Shown in pieces: positions 36,023 through 47,592 of a stretch of DNA of 64,000 bases. A model generated the notes under the pieces. That model did no database searches. It saw nothing but the letters and a program-made list of their open reading frames with translations, and was not told the DNA's origin. Location: contig CM059432.1 of assembly GCA_030390025.1 (NCBI GenBank), positions 111,788,001 to 111,852,000 on the forward strand, given 5' to 3'. Position numbers and translations under genes: made by a program. The stretch is from Squalus acanthias. Taxonomy: Eukaryota. The first letter of the stretch is position 1, and each line of letters opens with the position of its first letter.

Positions 36023-38155
36023 GGCCTAGAAATTTCTTACCTTAGCGCCGCCATTAACACTGGTTTCCTGGAAAAAATGGTAGCCGTTTTGGTGAGGGCC
36101 ATAGTGCTGCCATTGCCAGCGCTGGCCTCCGAAATATATATTAGCAGATCGTGACGTCAATCAGCGTGCAACACCTCATTTTGATGCCACGACTGCCAAC
36201 TTGGGCATTTTCGCATGCCGTAACCCCAGGTCCTAAACACGCACAGAAGCGTGTACGTGAAGCAGCCCTGCAGAGACTCTGTCAGCGCTTCTTAAAGGGA
36301 CACACACATCTTTCAGATAAGTTTGGATTTAAGCTTTTGGACTGCTTTTTTAAACATTTTATTGAAGTAGTGGCTTGCTGCAAAAGATATTAAAAGTTTT
36401 AAAAGTGTGCAGGGAGTGCAGGGAGTGCTGCTGGGCACTTGCAAGGCCTCAGATGGTAAAGGAAGGCCTCTGAGAAGACAGAAAATGCTGGAAATAATCA
36501 GCAGGTCAGGCAGCATCCGTGGAGAAAGAAACAGAATTCACATCTCAGGTCGAGATGCTGCCTGACCTGCTGAGTATTTCCAGAATTTTCTGCTTTTATT
36601 TCAGATTTCCAGCATCCGCTTGCAGAGGGAAGAGGAAGAAGCAGAAGAGGAGGAAGCGAAAGGAAGGATGTAACCCAAACAGCCCCTTTCTGGCCGGGAT
36701 ATCCGGGATGGAATCATCTTCCTGCAGTACCAGTGACCACAACCCCAATTCCCCTTTCAACATTTGTCCCATACCTTACCTTCCCTCTCTTACTGACCAT
36801 CACAGCGTCCTCTTGGCCACGATGCTGAAATAAAAACCACCACAGAGCAAACATTCCAATCCAACTTTATACATCAATCCACCCAATATGGAATCACCCT
36901 TATGCATTCCTTTAGTGAGTGTCTTGTGTGTGCCTTTGCCTATCCTAGTGATGTCATGCAGTGCTACCCCACTGGCTGCAGCTTGGCTGGTGGAAGGCTG
37001 CTGACTTTCAGTGGGAGACACTGCAGATGTCCTTGCTGGACGACCTCGAGGAGCTGATGGCTGGGAGTGTCAAATTGAGTGATGGTGTTTCTTCTTCTTC
37101 ACTCTCCTCTCCCTCTCCCTCTTCTTGGTCACCCACTCACTGGGCAGGCTGGATTTCTAAGGTGTGTGAAATGAGGAAGGCACAAGGGTGGAGTTGTGGT
37201 GAGGGGAGGGCGGGAAAGCAAGAGGTGCATGTGAGAAGGAGGATAATTTATGAGGATACCAGCATCTTGTATCCTTTCAGCCCCACCGCTGGCCATACCC
37301 CTGCCAAGAATGGCCAGCACCATCTCCTCCAAGGGGGGTGAGGTGAAGGTAGGAATGTGAGGTGTGCCTCGTATTTGGTACAGATTGTTGGTAGGTGAGT
37401 GATTGGAGATGGGTGTCGTGCATTGAGCAGTGTGTGAGGTTAGTGGTGCAGTTGGTGGGAGATGACTTATGAAGATGCATTCACTGACCTTGACCACTGG
37501 TCTGAGGTCATGAAGCTTCTTTGGGCACTGGAGCCAGGTCGTGGGGGTGACAATGCTGGCATTGACCGCCTCAGTGATGTGGTCCCATGTCGTTATTTCT
37601 GGAGGGCCTCCTGGCCCCTGTGGACCTCTTGCAGTGTTGAACCCCTGCACAAAGCTGGAGTGCTGCATGTGAGACCCTGGGTGCCCCTTCCCTGGCTTGT
37701 TGAGCCATTTGTGTTAGTGCTGAAGCACTTTTACCATTTTTTTACGTGCGCAAGGCAGTTCAGCTCTAAGAGCTGAAGACTGCCATTTTGGAATTATTTT
37801 TAATGTTTATTTTTTTCAGAAGGCAGTTGAGCTCCAAGGGCTAAAGACTGCCTATTTTAAAATTATTTTTTTTCATTTTAGAAGGCAGTTCCCCTTTAAG
37901 GGACCGACTGCTTTCTAAAATGACAGCCTTGCTTTAAGAGAACGCTGCCTTGCTCCGGGGACGTTACGGCCATGCTACATTGGGCCTCCTGCTGAGAGTC
38001 GTGCCAGTGTTGCACGGTAAGTTTAGCGCTGCGCTAATGTAAATCAGCAGGTAGCACCAAAATACCGGTGCTGCCGGCACTCTTATTGTGGACGGCCGTT
38101 AACTTCGGCCCGCGGTGGCACCGGCAGGTTTCCAGCCTGCGCGAATTTCTAGGCA
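36023..38155. mobile_element. Internally deleted Harbinger element 3 with Myb remnant on the minus strand (ATG 37708)
   Basis: TIR GGCCTAGAAATT / AATTTCTAGGC; Myb motif WLQCPKKLHDL..VVK; 3' region homologous to the other elements; TSD not evident. Confidence 0.8.
36477..36618. mobile_element. Penelope-like remnant forming an inverted repeat
   Basis: CAGAAAATGCTGGAAATAATCAGCAGGTCAGGCAGCATC...GATGCTGCCTGACCTGCTGAGTATTTCCAGAATTTTCTG; same family as 23816-24035. Confidence 0.7.
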
Positions 38156-39893
38156 CAAGATGTCTATTGCTCAAAGAAGTTTACAACAGATTTTTATTGA
38201 ACTGAGTAAGCTCACTGGATAGGCCTGGAAGAACTAAGTTAGCTTTTATAACGATAGAAGCAATGCTGAGGTGATATCTTACATTGAATCATTGCTAAAT
38301 GCAGCAACCAACAGCTCCCCCTATTTGTAGCTTTCATATGTATTTTAATAAGACATTTGGCTCAATTGCCCCTGAAGTAATTTTCACTTTGTGTTACTAA
38401 AGGTTCTGAAAGTTGTGAAGTGTTCTTTGCAACAAGTTAGTAAGGCCTGTGTTTCTCAGTGCACATCTTACTGTAGAGTTCAACATTACAAGCACTGTTC
38501 ACCAGGGAAATGTAGTGAATCCGTTTCTTGCATGATTGGAATCAAATAGGCCGTGTGAACAATCTGAAATGGCTTATTTTTTCGCACATTCTAACTGAAA
38601 CCCTGAGTGATCTTCACTCTGCCAATGCTGTTGTCCTACTTGAAAAGGGCAGAAGGATAGCAAACTTCACGTACCTTACCAGGCAAGTGAATCTAGCCTC
38701 CAAATAAGCAGTGGAAAAAAACAGATTCATCCCACATGTTCTGTGTAATAAAAGGCAACATTCCATGGATAAGTCATCATACACATGGGAGATTTCAAGC
38801 AGCTCGTGCTGATGATGGCATTACCGAAAGGCAAGGTCTGACACTGTACATCTCTTGCTTGAGCTGCTTTTTTCAGAGAAAATATGGAAATTGAGGTTCA
38901 CTCTGCCACTAGAAAGTGAATATTTTTAAGCCATCCATACTGCCTCTCAATTCTCACCCAATATTTTTGCACCAGAGCTGAACAGCCATGTCACTAATTT
39001 TGATCAGCACATGCTTGAGAACAGATGCTCAAACTGTGTCTCCAATGAATAATTGTATCAGTCAATGGATCAGAGGCCGTCTGTCTAAATGAATACATCA
39101 ATTTCAGGTTGAACATGATCTCCACAAGAATGTAGAGGAACTAGGTAACCTCACACTCTACAGGTCAGCTCATGATAAACCATCATAGGAGTTGGCCCAC
39201 GCTTCTTTCCCCAAAGTGCTTAGAGTCTCGATCAGTAACTCCAGTGAGTTGTCCCCTGACAGGGAGCAGAGAGAGGCACCCAGGAGCAACAAACTGGAAG
39301 CAACTGCACACGTTCACACGCACACACACCCATCTAATAAGTCTGTAACCAAGGGATAGGTAGATGAGAACTGCTGAACCTTTCCCCACTCTTTTCTATG
39401 AGGAGCTGTGATGAAATCAGCAGAGATTCTTACACTTGCATTATATAATATTTATGAGTGATATAATTTTATTAATTATTCCTCAGATCGATGCCTAGAC
39501 TGTAAATGTCAAATGGAGCATTTTAGATCTAATTGCTTAACAGTTAGAACAGATTAATTCACACGTGCAGAGTTCTAACACTGGACGAGCAGATTAGTTG
39601 CAATGCCCTGGGCCTAGAAATTGGATCAGGGCCGAAAACGGGCGGTGTCAAGGGCCAGCGCTAGTTGCCTGTGCCCGTTGAAAGTGGTCCAGGCAGCACG
39701 CAAAATTCATGCTGCCTGCTCATTATAATGATTGGAGCGCAGAGCTCAGCACTAAAAGTGCTGCTGATTGGCTTAGCACTGGTGACCCAATGTCAGGTAC
39801 AGTCTAATGGCCAGTAATGTTTGGTCTAGGCTCACTCCACTACTTAAAGGGGAGGTGCTCATGAGGCACCTCATTGTCAGTCAGACTGAAGAC

Positions 39894-41693
39894 ATGGCTC
39901 AGTAACCAAGGGAGTGAGCACGAAGCTTCTCGGATGCTGCACTGGAGGCCTTGGTTCTGGCCGTACAACGAAGTCGGGCTGCCCTGTTCTTGCAGGGTGG
40001 CAGGAGGCCATCCAAGGTCACTTGCAGAAGGCTCTGGGAGGAGATAGCTAACTCCGTCATGGACACCAGTACGGTCCCAAGGACGTGGATCCAGTGCCGA
40101 AAGAAGTTTAATGACCTCACACGGCAGGTCACGGTGAGTGAAGGCTTCAGCAAATGCCGTATCCCACCCTCTGCACCACAAGCCTCACACACTACTCAAT
40201 GCACCACACCCCCAGCACTCACCTACCAACAATCTCTAACAATCACCACTCAGACCTCACACTCAAAGCTTCACTTCACCCTCACAACCTCACCACTGCT
40301 GCAACACTCACACCCACATCTCACACCTTGCACACACTGACAGCTATTCAGCTATGGCAGGCACATCATCCAAACACATTGCACTGCACTCAATGACAAA
40401 TTTCCCTTTATCTTGCAGGCCAAGGTGGCACATAATAGAAGGGGCCAGCGGCAGACAGGAGGAGGCCAAGCCACAATACAGAACCTCACCGAACTGGAGG
40501 AATCCGTGCTTGACATAATTGGGAGGGGCAGTGACGGAGGCCGTGGCAACAGGAGAAGTTGAAGCCATTGCTGATGATGACGGTATGCTCATACTTAATC
40601 CTTCTTCTCACATCCCACTTCCCCCTCATCCCACAATCTCTTCTCACTTACAAGCTGATGATGCTGTATGCATGGATATCTTGCTTCCCACCCCCGTCCC
40701 CTCGCCACAACCCGACCCTTGTGCCTTTCTGCTTTCACATACCCAAGAACTGCCAGCAGCACAGCCTGTCCACATGTTGTGGAGGAGAATGATGCAGGAC
40801 ACACTGTCACTGCATCTGCCACGCGCAGACACCAGCTCAGAAACTGGCACTGCACTGAATGTAGAGGGTGGTATAGAGTCGGGATCTGCACATGGTGAGG
40901 CACCGGGCGCGAGTGAGCTGCAGCCAGGCCAGGGGGAAAGGGTAGCTCGGGGGCCAGCTCCCCGGAGGGTGAGTTCGCACACGAGTTCTGCTGCACAGGA
41001 CTCAGATGATGACCTCGATGGCGCGTCCTTCAGAAGAAGGGTGATGGTCATGCACACCGAAATGATGGGTGCAATGGCAAGCCTGCCAGAGAGCCTCTTG
41101 TCAATGTCAAGGAGCGTGGGGGAGTCCCCTCCAACATTGGCCGGGGCTATGCGCAGAGCTTGGAGCCCATGATTTCCAGGCTGGAAATGTTGGGTAAATC
41201 CAGGAGAGACCTTGTCGACCCAGACATGATACTGCGTGTGATGGGCGATGTCACGGCTTCCATTGCAGCACAGGCGGAAACGACCCAACGTCTCAGTGCT
41301 GCAGTGGAAGCTCAGACTGCTGTCATCGTGGCTGGGTTTACAAGTCTCGAAAGGGCTTGCAGGATGTTGCAGCAGGCCAGCAATCTATCCTCCAACAGAT
41401 GGCTAGGAATGCTGAGGTGCCGCCCCGGGGGAGTGGCAGTGGGTCTATGGAGCAAGAACCTGCTGTCCTCTCTCAGGATGACAGCATTCCTACTCTCACC
41501 ACTGCCACTCCGCCATCAGCCATCCAGCCCATGCCGAGCTAGGTCCACAGCTGCTCGAGGTCATCCTGTAAAGCCATCTGTAGTCTCCCCCATGGAAACA
41601 CAGCAGCCTTCCACCAGCCATGCTGCAGCCACTGGGCAGAGTAGGAAGGGCACCCGAACGACAGGCACTAAGGGATTGCACAAGTGTGATTAG
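39894..41693 (+). pseudogene. Harbinger Myb-like gene, 3 exons, disrupted
   Basis: LWEEIANSV...RTWIQCRKKFNDLTR; donor GTGAGT at 40134, acceptor ending 40418; early stops and frameshifts. Confidence 0.83.
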
Positions 41694-41848
41694 TTGATAT
41701 TGTAATGTTAATTGAATACTTATGAATTTATTAATTTTGTTTGGAATGTGTGTTTTGTGGTGGCTCTCATTTCAGCGTTGTGCCCATGGCTGTGACAGAG
41801 GGATTGTATGATGGGGATGTGGTGAGCAACGGGGATCTGGGGTTTCAT

Positions 41849-43468
41849 TCACTGGAATCGGAGTCTGATGATTCGTTCATGGACAGCCCGTCCAGAACGG
41901 GAATCTGCTGCCTGCCTCCTCCCTTCCTCCTCGTCCTCATCCTCGTCCTATCCCTCTTAATCCTCCTCCTCTCCCTCCACCTCCTTCTGAGGTGTTCCTG
42001 CAATCCCTGGTGGCAATGGCTGCTCCTTTACGATGGCCAAGTTGTGGAGGATGCAGCAGACCACCACGAAATGGGACACCTGCTCCGGCATGTGCTGAGG
42101 GCTCCTCATGAGCAGTCAAGGCAGCGGAACCATTGCATCAGTAGCCCGATGGTCTGCTCGATGATGTTCCTGGTGGCAGCATGGCACTCATTATATGAGT
42201 GCTGGCTACGAGTGGTGGGGTTGCGGAGGGGAGTCATCAGCCGGGTGCAGAGCGGATAGCCCTTGTCTCCGAGCAGCCACCCTCGGGTTTGATGTGGTGG
42301 CTGGAAGATTGCAGGCACAGGATGAAGGCATCATGACTGCTGCCAGGATAACGGGCAATCACCATCAGGAAGCGCTGGGCGTGGTCGCACAACAACTGTA
42401 CATTAAGTGAGTGGAAGCCTTTGCGGTTACGGAAGATCTCAGGATTGTTATGCGACACCCGCAAAGCCACGTGGATGCAGTCGATGATGCCCCGCACCAT
42501 GGGGAAGCCCACTATTCTGCCAAAGCCACATGCACGCTCGTCCTGCTTCTCTCTGGTCAGAGAGAAGGACAACGTAGTCCCTTCTCCTGGTGTAGAGAGC
42601 CTCAGTGACCTCCCGGATGCAGCGATGGATGGCAAACTTCGAGATGTTCGTTATGTCTCCTGCTGCAGCCTGGAAGGATCCGCTGGCAAAGAAATTGAGG
42701 GCCACAATGACCTTGAGGGCTACTGGGAGAGCTGTGGTCGCCCTGCTCTCAGGCTGCAGGTCTGGTTCTAAGAGGCGGCAGAGTTCTGTGACCAGCTCCT
42801 TGCTGAAGCAGACCATCCTAATACGCTGCTCCTCGCTTAAGTGGAGGTTGAGACCTCCTGTTGACAGCACTCCTGGCCTTCTTCCTCCTCCCTCTGCGCG
42901 CATCTTAAAGAAAGAAAAGAAAGAAAGACTTACATTTCTATAGCGCCTTTCATGACCACCGGATGTCTCAAAGCCCTTTATAGCCAAGTACTTTTGGAGT
43001 GTAGTCACTGTTGCAATGTAGGAAACACGGCAGCCAATTTGCGCACAGCAAGCTCCCACAAACAGCAATGTGATAATGACCAGATAATCTGTTTTTTGTG
43101 CTGTTGATTGAGGGATAAATATTGGCCAGGACACCAGGGATAACTCCCCTGCTCTTCTTTGAAATAGTGCCATAGGATCTTTTACATCCACCTGAGAGAG
43201 CAGACGGGGCCTCGGCTTAATGTTGCATCTGAAAGACGGCACCTCCAACAATGCAGCACTCCCTCAGCAATGCACTAGAGTGTCGGCTTAGATTTTTGTG
43301 CTCAAACGTCCTTGGAGTGGGACTTGAACCCACAACCTTCATGACACAGAGGCGAGAGTGCTACCCACTGAGCCACAGCTGACACTTCTCCTCTTCTCCT
43401 CTTCGCTGCCTCCGCTCCATCTCACGAAGATACTCGAGCACGAGGGGGACTGCCAGTAGAACCCCCAT
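41849..43468 (-). pseudogene. Harbinger DDE transposase, disrupted and interrupted by a SINE
   Basis: GIIDCIHV, YPGSSHD, LLGDKGY, RNIIEQTIG; multiple frameshifts. Confidence 0.88.
42907..43384 (-). mobile_element. Full-length tRNA-derived DeuSINE (SacSINE1-like)
   Basis: A box TGGCTCAGTGG, B box GGTTCAAGTCC, Deu-type core GGTGGATGTAAAAGATCC.ATGGCACTATTT...GGTGTCCTGGCCAA, L2-like tail AAAGGCGCTATAGAAAT..(TCTT)n, short direct repeat CTT. Confidence 0.85.
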
Positions 43469-43760
43469 GACTGTGAGCAAGTGTTGTGAGCAGAAGCCAT
43501 TAAATGAGAATGAAGGCGTTCTCCTCTTGCATCAACACTGCCTGTCACCTCGGGAACTTGAAACATGTTTGGAAAGCTGCAGAGCCACTCAAACTGAAAA
43601 ACCACGTCAGCTGCAAGCTGATGATGATGATGATGATCCCTTTAAATATCACTGCTGGAGTCTCCTTCCTGCTACTGAATGCTTGGTCAACTGGTCGTGA
43701 TTAAGAGAGGGTGGTAAGTGGAGCGGCGAGAGTGAAAATGGCAGATCTTGCATCAAGTGA

Positions 43761-44606
43761 GCGATATAGACAGGTTAAGTGTGTGGGCAATAAGATGGCA
43801 GATGGAGTATAATGTGGAGAAACATGAGGTTATTCACTTTGGTAGGAAGAATAGAAAAATGGTGAGAAACTATTAAATGTTGGTGTTCAAAGAGATTTAG
43901 GTGTCCTCGTACAGGAAACACAAAGAGTTAGCATGCAGGTAAAGCAAGCAATTAGGAAGGCAAATGGCATGTTGGCCTTTATTGCTAGAGGGTTGGAGTA
44001 CAAGAGTAAGGAAGTCTTGCTACAATTGTACAGAGCTCTGGTGAGACCACACCCAGAGTACTGTGCACAGTTTTGGTCTCCTTATCTGAGGAAGGATATA
44101 CTTGCCTTCGAGACAGTGCAACGAAGGTTCACTAGATTGATTCCTGAGATGAGACAGTTGTCCTATGAGGAGAGGTTGAGTAGACTAGGCCTATATTCTC
44201 TGGAGTTTAGAAGAATGAGGGGTGATCTCATTGAAATATATAAGATTCTGAGTGGGTTTGACAGGGTAGATGCTGAGAGGTTGTCTCCCCTGGTTGGAGA
44301 GTCTAGAACCAGGGGCATAGTCTCAGGATAAGGGGTCAGCCATTTAAGACTGAGATGAGGAGGAATTTCTTCACTCAGAGGGTTGTGAATCTTTGGAATT
44401 CTCTACCCCAAAGGGCTATGGATGCTGAATCGAGTATATTCAAGGTTGAGATAGATAGATTTTTGGACTCTAGGGGAATCAAGGGATATGGAGATCGGGC
44501 AGGAAAGTGGAGTTGAGGTCGAAGATCAGCCATGATCTTATTGAATAGCGGAGCAGGCACGAGGAGTCGTATGGCCTACTCCTGCTCCTAATTCTTATGT
44601 TCTTAT
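43761..44606 (+). mobile_element. CR1 3' fragment
   Basis: WQMEYNVEK...LVRPHPEYCAQFWSP...; 3' UTR and TCTTATGTTCTTAT tail. Confidence 0.92.
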
Positions 44607-45270
44607 ATGCCAGTAAAGATTTTGCCAGGAAGGGGCAGAGAATATATCTGGACATAATATCCCTCTGCCATACTCTAATAGAAGTTAATACTTTAAGGAA
44701 AGAAATATCTTCAGAATGTTTTTCAATTTACTGCCCTCCATCTTGTCCCTGAGATGAATTTTCCCCTCCAAGCTGTTATAGCCCAATTGCTTCCTTCCAA
44801 AAAACCTCCTGATGTTTCAAGCAATCTATATTACTAGTGCTCATTGCAGTTGCTATGACTGAAGTGTCTTCTTGTGCTCTTTCATCTGAGATAAGCTGCA
44901 TACATAAGACGTTTGCAAAGCTTTTACCCAACAAAATAAATGGAAAAATGAAAAATCCTTGGCCTAGAAATTGGATAAGGCCCGAAAACGGGCACAGGGA
45001 TTGCGATACGCGATCAACCCACGCCCATTCCTTCCGATGCAGGCAACACACAAACTTTAAATGATTGCAGCGTGCAGCCCAGCGCTGAACACACTGCTGA
45101 GTGGCTACACGCTTAGCAGAGGACCCAAGTTCGTGCGAGGCTAGCACCAATAAAAGCTAGCCTGCACATCTAAAAGCCAGTGTGCACCTCTTAAAGGGGA
45201 GGTGCAGTTTGACGAGAGAAGGTGCTGGAAGTCATTCTAGAAGTGATTTTGACCTGGGAAAGAAACAGGA

Positions 45271-46240
45271 ATGGCACAACATGCCAGAGAGCGGGCTCCA
45301 AGGTTCTCCGACGCAGCACTGGCGGCCTTAGTGCAGGAGGTGGATAGGAGGAGAGAGGTCCTGCATCCGCAAGGGCCAGGAGGCCCTCCAGATAGACACT
45401 GCGAAGGCAGTGGGAAAGATAGCCATGGAGGTCAATGGCAACAGTGTTGCCCCGGTGACCTGGATGCAGTGCCGGAAGAAGTTTAATGATCTCAAATGAG
45501 TGGTCAAGGTCAGCAAATGCATCTTCAAATGCCATATCCTACCAACTGCAGCACTAGCCTCAGCCACTGCTCAATTCACCACACCCCCATAACTCACCTG
45601 TCAACAATCTCTAGCCATCATGACTCAAACCTCAGATTCATAGCTCCTTTCCAGCGTGGAAAGGCTGGGCAGATCCATTAACACACTTGAGTAGCCAACC
45701 ATGATGCAGCGTCTGATGGCCGATGTCTCAGTTTCCATTGCAGCACAAGCAGAAGCTACCCAACGTCTGGGGGCTGCAGTGGAAGCTCAGACTGCTGCCA
45801 TCATTGCTGCGGTTACCAGTGTTGAAAGGGGCTTACAGGGTGTCACAGCAGTCCAGCATTCTGTCCTCCAACAGATTACTAGGATTGCTGAGGCGCTGCC
45901 CCGGGGGAGTGGCAGTGACTCCGTGGAGCAAGAACCTGCTGTCCTCTCTCAGGATGACAGCATTCATCCTCCCACCACTACCACTCCGCCAGTGCCCTTG
46001 CTGTTGCCTGTCAGCCAGCCAGCCCAGACTGCTGCCACCCATGCCGAGGTGGTGCAGTCTACAGTCGGGCCTTCTAGGCCCTGAGCTGATCGAGGTTGTC
46101 CTGCAAGGCCATCTACAGTCTCCCCCTCTGAAAGTCTGCAGCCTTCCACCAGCCATGCTGCAGACACTGGGGTAGCACAGCATAGGAGCACTAGAATAGG
46201 GAAAGGCACATAGAAGAGGCACTAAGGGAATGCACAATGG
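45271..46240 (+). pseudogene. Harbinger Myb-like gene lacking exon 2 and part of exon 3
   Basis: MAQHARERAPRFSDAAL...WMQCRKKFNDL; jumps from intron 1 into exon 3 near 45645. Confidence 0.82.
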
Positions 46241-46394
46241 TGATGAGGACTTTTGATTTATAAATTTGGTTTGGAATGCTTGTTTTGTGGTGGCTTTTAT
46301 TGTAGCATTGTGGCCAAGAGGACACTGTGATAGTCAGTAGGAGAGGGAAGGTAAGCTGTGGGATTATTGGTGAATGGGGAATTGGGGTTGCGTT

Positions 46395-46463
46395 CGCTGG
46401 TACCACAATCGGATGAGTTGATCACGACAGCCCAGCTAGAAAGTAGCTGTGTTGGTTGCCTCC

Positions 46464-46496
<33 letters not shown>

Positions 46497-46498
46497 CT

Positions 46499-46530
<32 letters not shown>

Positions 46531-47592
46531 CTCCTCTTTCTCCTCTTCCTCCTCCTTCTCCTCTTCCTTCTCCTCCTCTTCTTTCTCCTCCTCCTCCCCA
46601 GCTGGTCTCTATATGTCTGGTAGCAAGGGCTGTGCCCTCATGATGGAGAGGTTGTGCAGCATGCAGCAGACCATGATGAATCTTGAGACGTGCTCTGGTG
46701 AGTACTGCAGGGCTCCTCCAGCATGTTCCAGGCAGCGGAAGCGTTGGTTAGTGATGCCACTGGTCTGCTCAATCACATTCCGTGTGGCAACATGGCTTCC
46801 ATTGTACGCATGCTGCTCAGGTGTGCTTGGGTTGCACATCGGAGTCGTGTGCCAGGTGGTCAGCGGATAGCCCTTGTTGCCCAGTAGCCACCCTCTGGTT
46901 TGTTGTGGTGGCTCAAATGCAGATGGTACAGTGAACTGTCGCAGAATGAAGGCACCATGGCTGCTGCCAGGATACCGAGCATTGACCTGCATGATACGCT
47001 GAGTATGGTCGCACCCCAGCTGGAGATTGAGGGAGTGGAATCCCTTCCGGTTGCGGTACATCTTCGTGTTCACATGCGGCGCCCGCAAAGCGACATGTGT
47101 GCTGTCAATGGCATCCATGGGGAAGCCTGCTATCCTGGCAGCATGCTTGCTCTACCTGCTTCTCTCTTGAAAGTGAGAATGAAATAATTTGCAAACCGAG
47201 CCTCAGTGACCTCCCTTATGCAATGGTGAATGGCGAATGTCGCCTGTTCCAACCTGAAAGGAGCTCGACGCATAAAAATTCATGACCATGCTCACCCTCA
47301 CAGCCACTGGCAATGTCGTCCTCACTGTGCTCCGAGGCTGCAGGTCTGCCTCCAACAGGTGGCAGGTTTCAGTGAGCACCTCCTTAGTGAAGCGGAGACG
47401 TCGCATGCACTGTTCCTCGCTGAGGTTGAGGTAGGAGAATTGCACCCTGAAGACCGTGAGTGGATATGGCCTCCTGCTGAGAGCCCTTCTCCCCCATCTC
47501 CCTCTTCGAGCAGCTTGTCCTGCTCTGTGTCGCCTCTGCTCATTCTCCCTGTCATGCTGCAGGCCAAGGAGGATATAAACTACTGCAGCCAT
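46395..47592 (-). pseudogene. Harbinger DDE transposase, disrupted
   Basis: AIDSTHV, YPGSSH, LLGNKGY (second catalytic D reads N), RNVIEQT, CCMLHN, long Glu-rich tail. Confidence 0.88.
46459..46598. repeat. (TCC/TCT)n trinucleotide microsatellite in the transposase acidic tail
   Basis: About 140 bp of pyrimidine triplets, reading poly-Glu on the minus strand. Confidence 0.92.

Larger units (their letters stand above)
39611..43760. mobile_element. Harbinger element 4 (Myb +, transposase -); right end lost at a CR1 junction
   Basis: Left TIR GGCCTAGAAATTGGAT, nearly identical to the one at 44961; both genes recognisable. Confidence 0.85.

Noticed and set aside
43310..43384. tRNA gene
   Set aside because: It is the tRNA-derived head of the SINE and continues into the Deu domain and tail.
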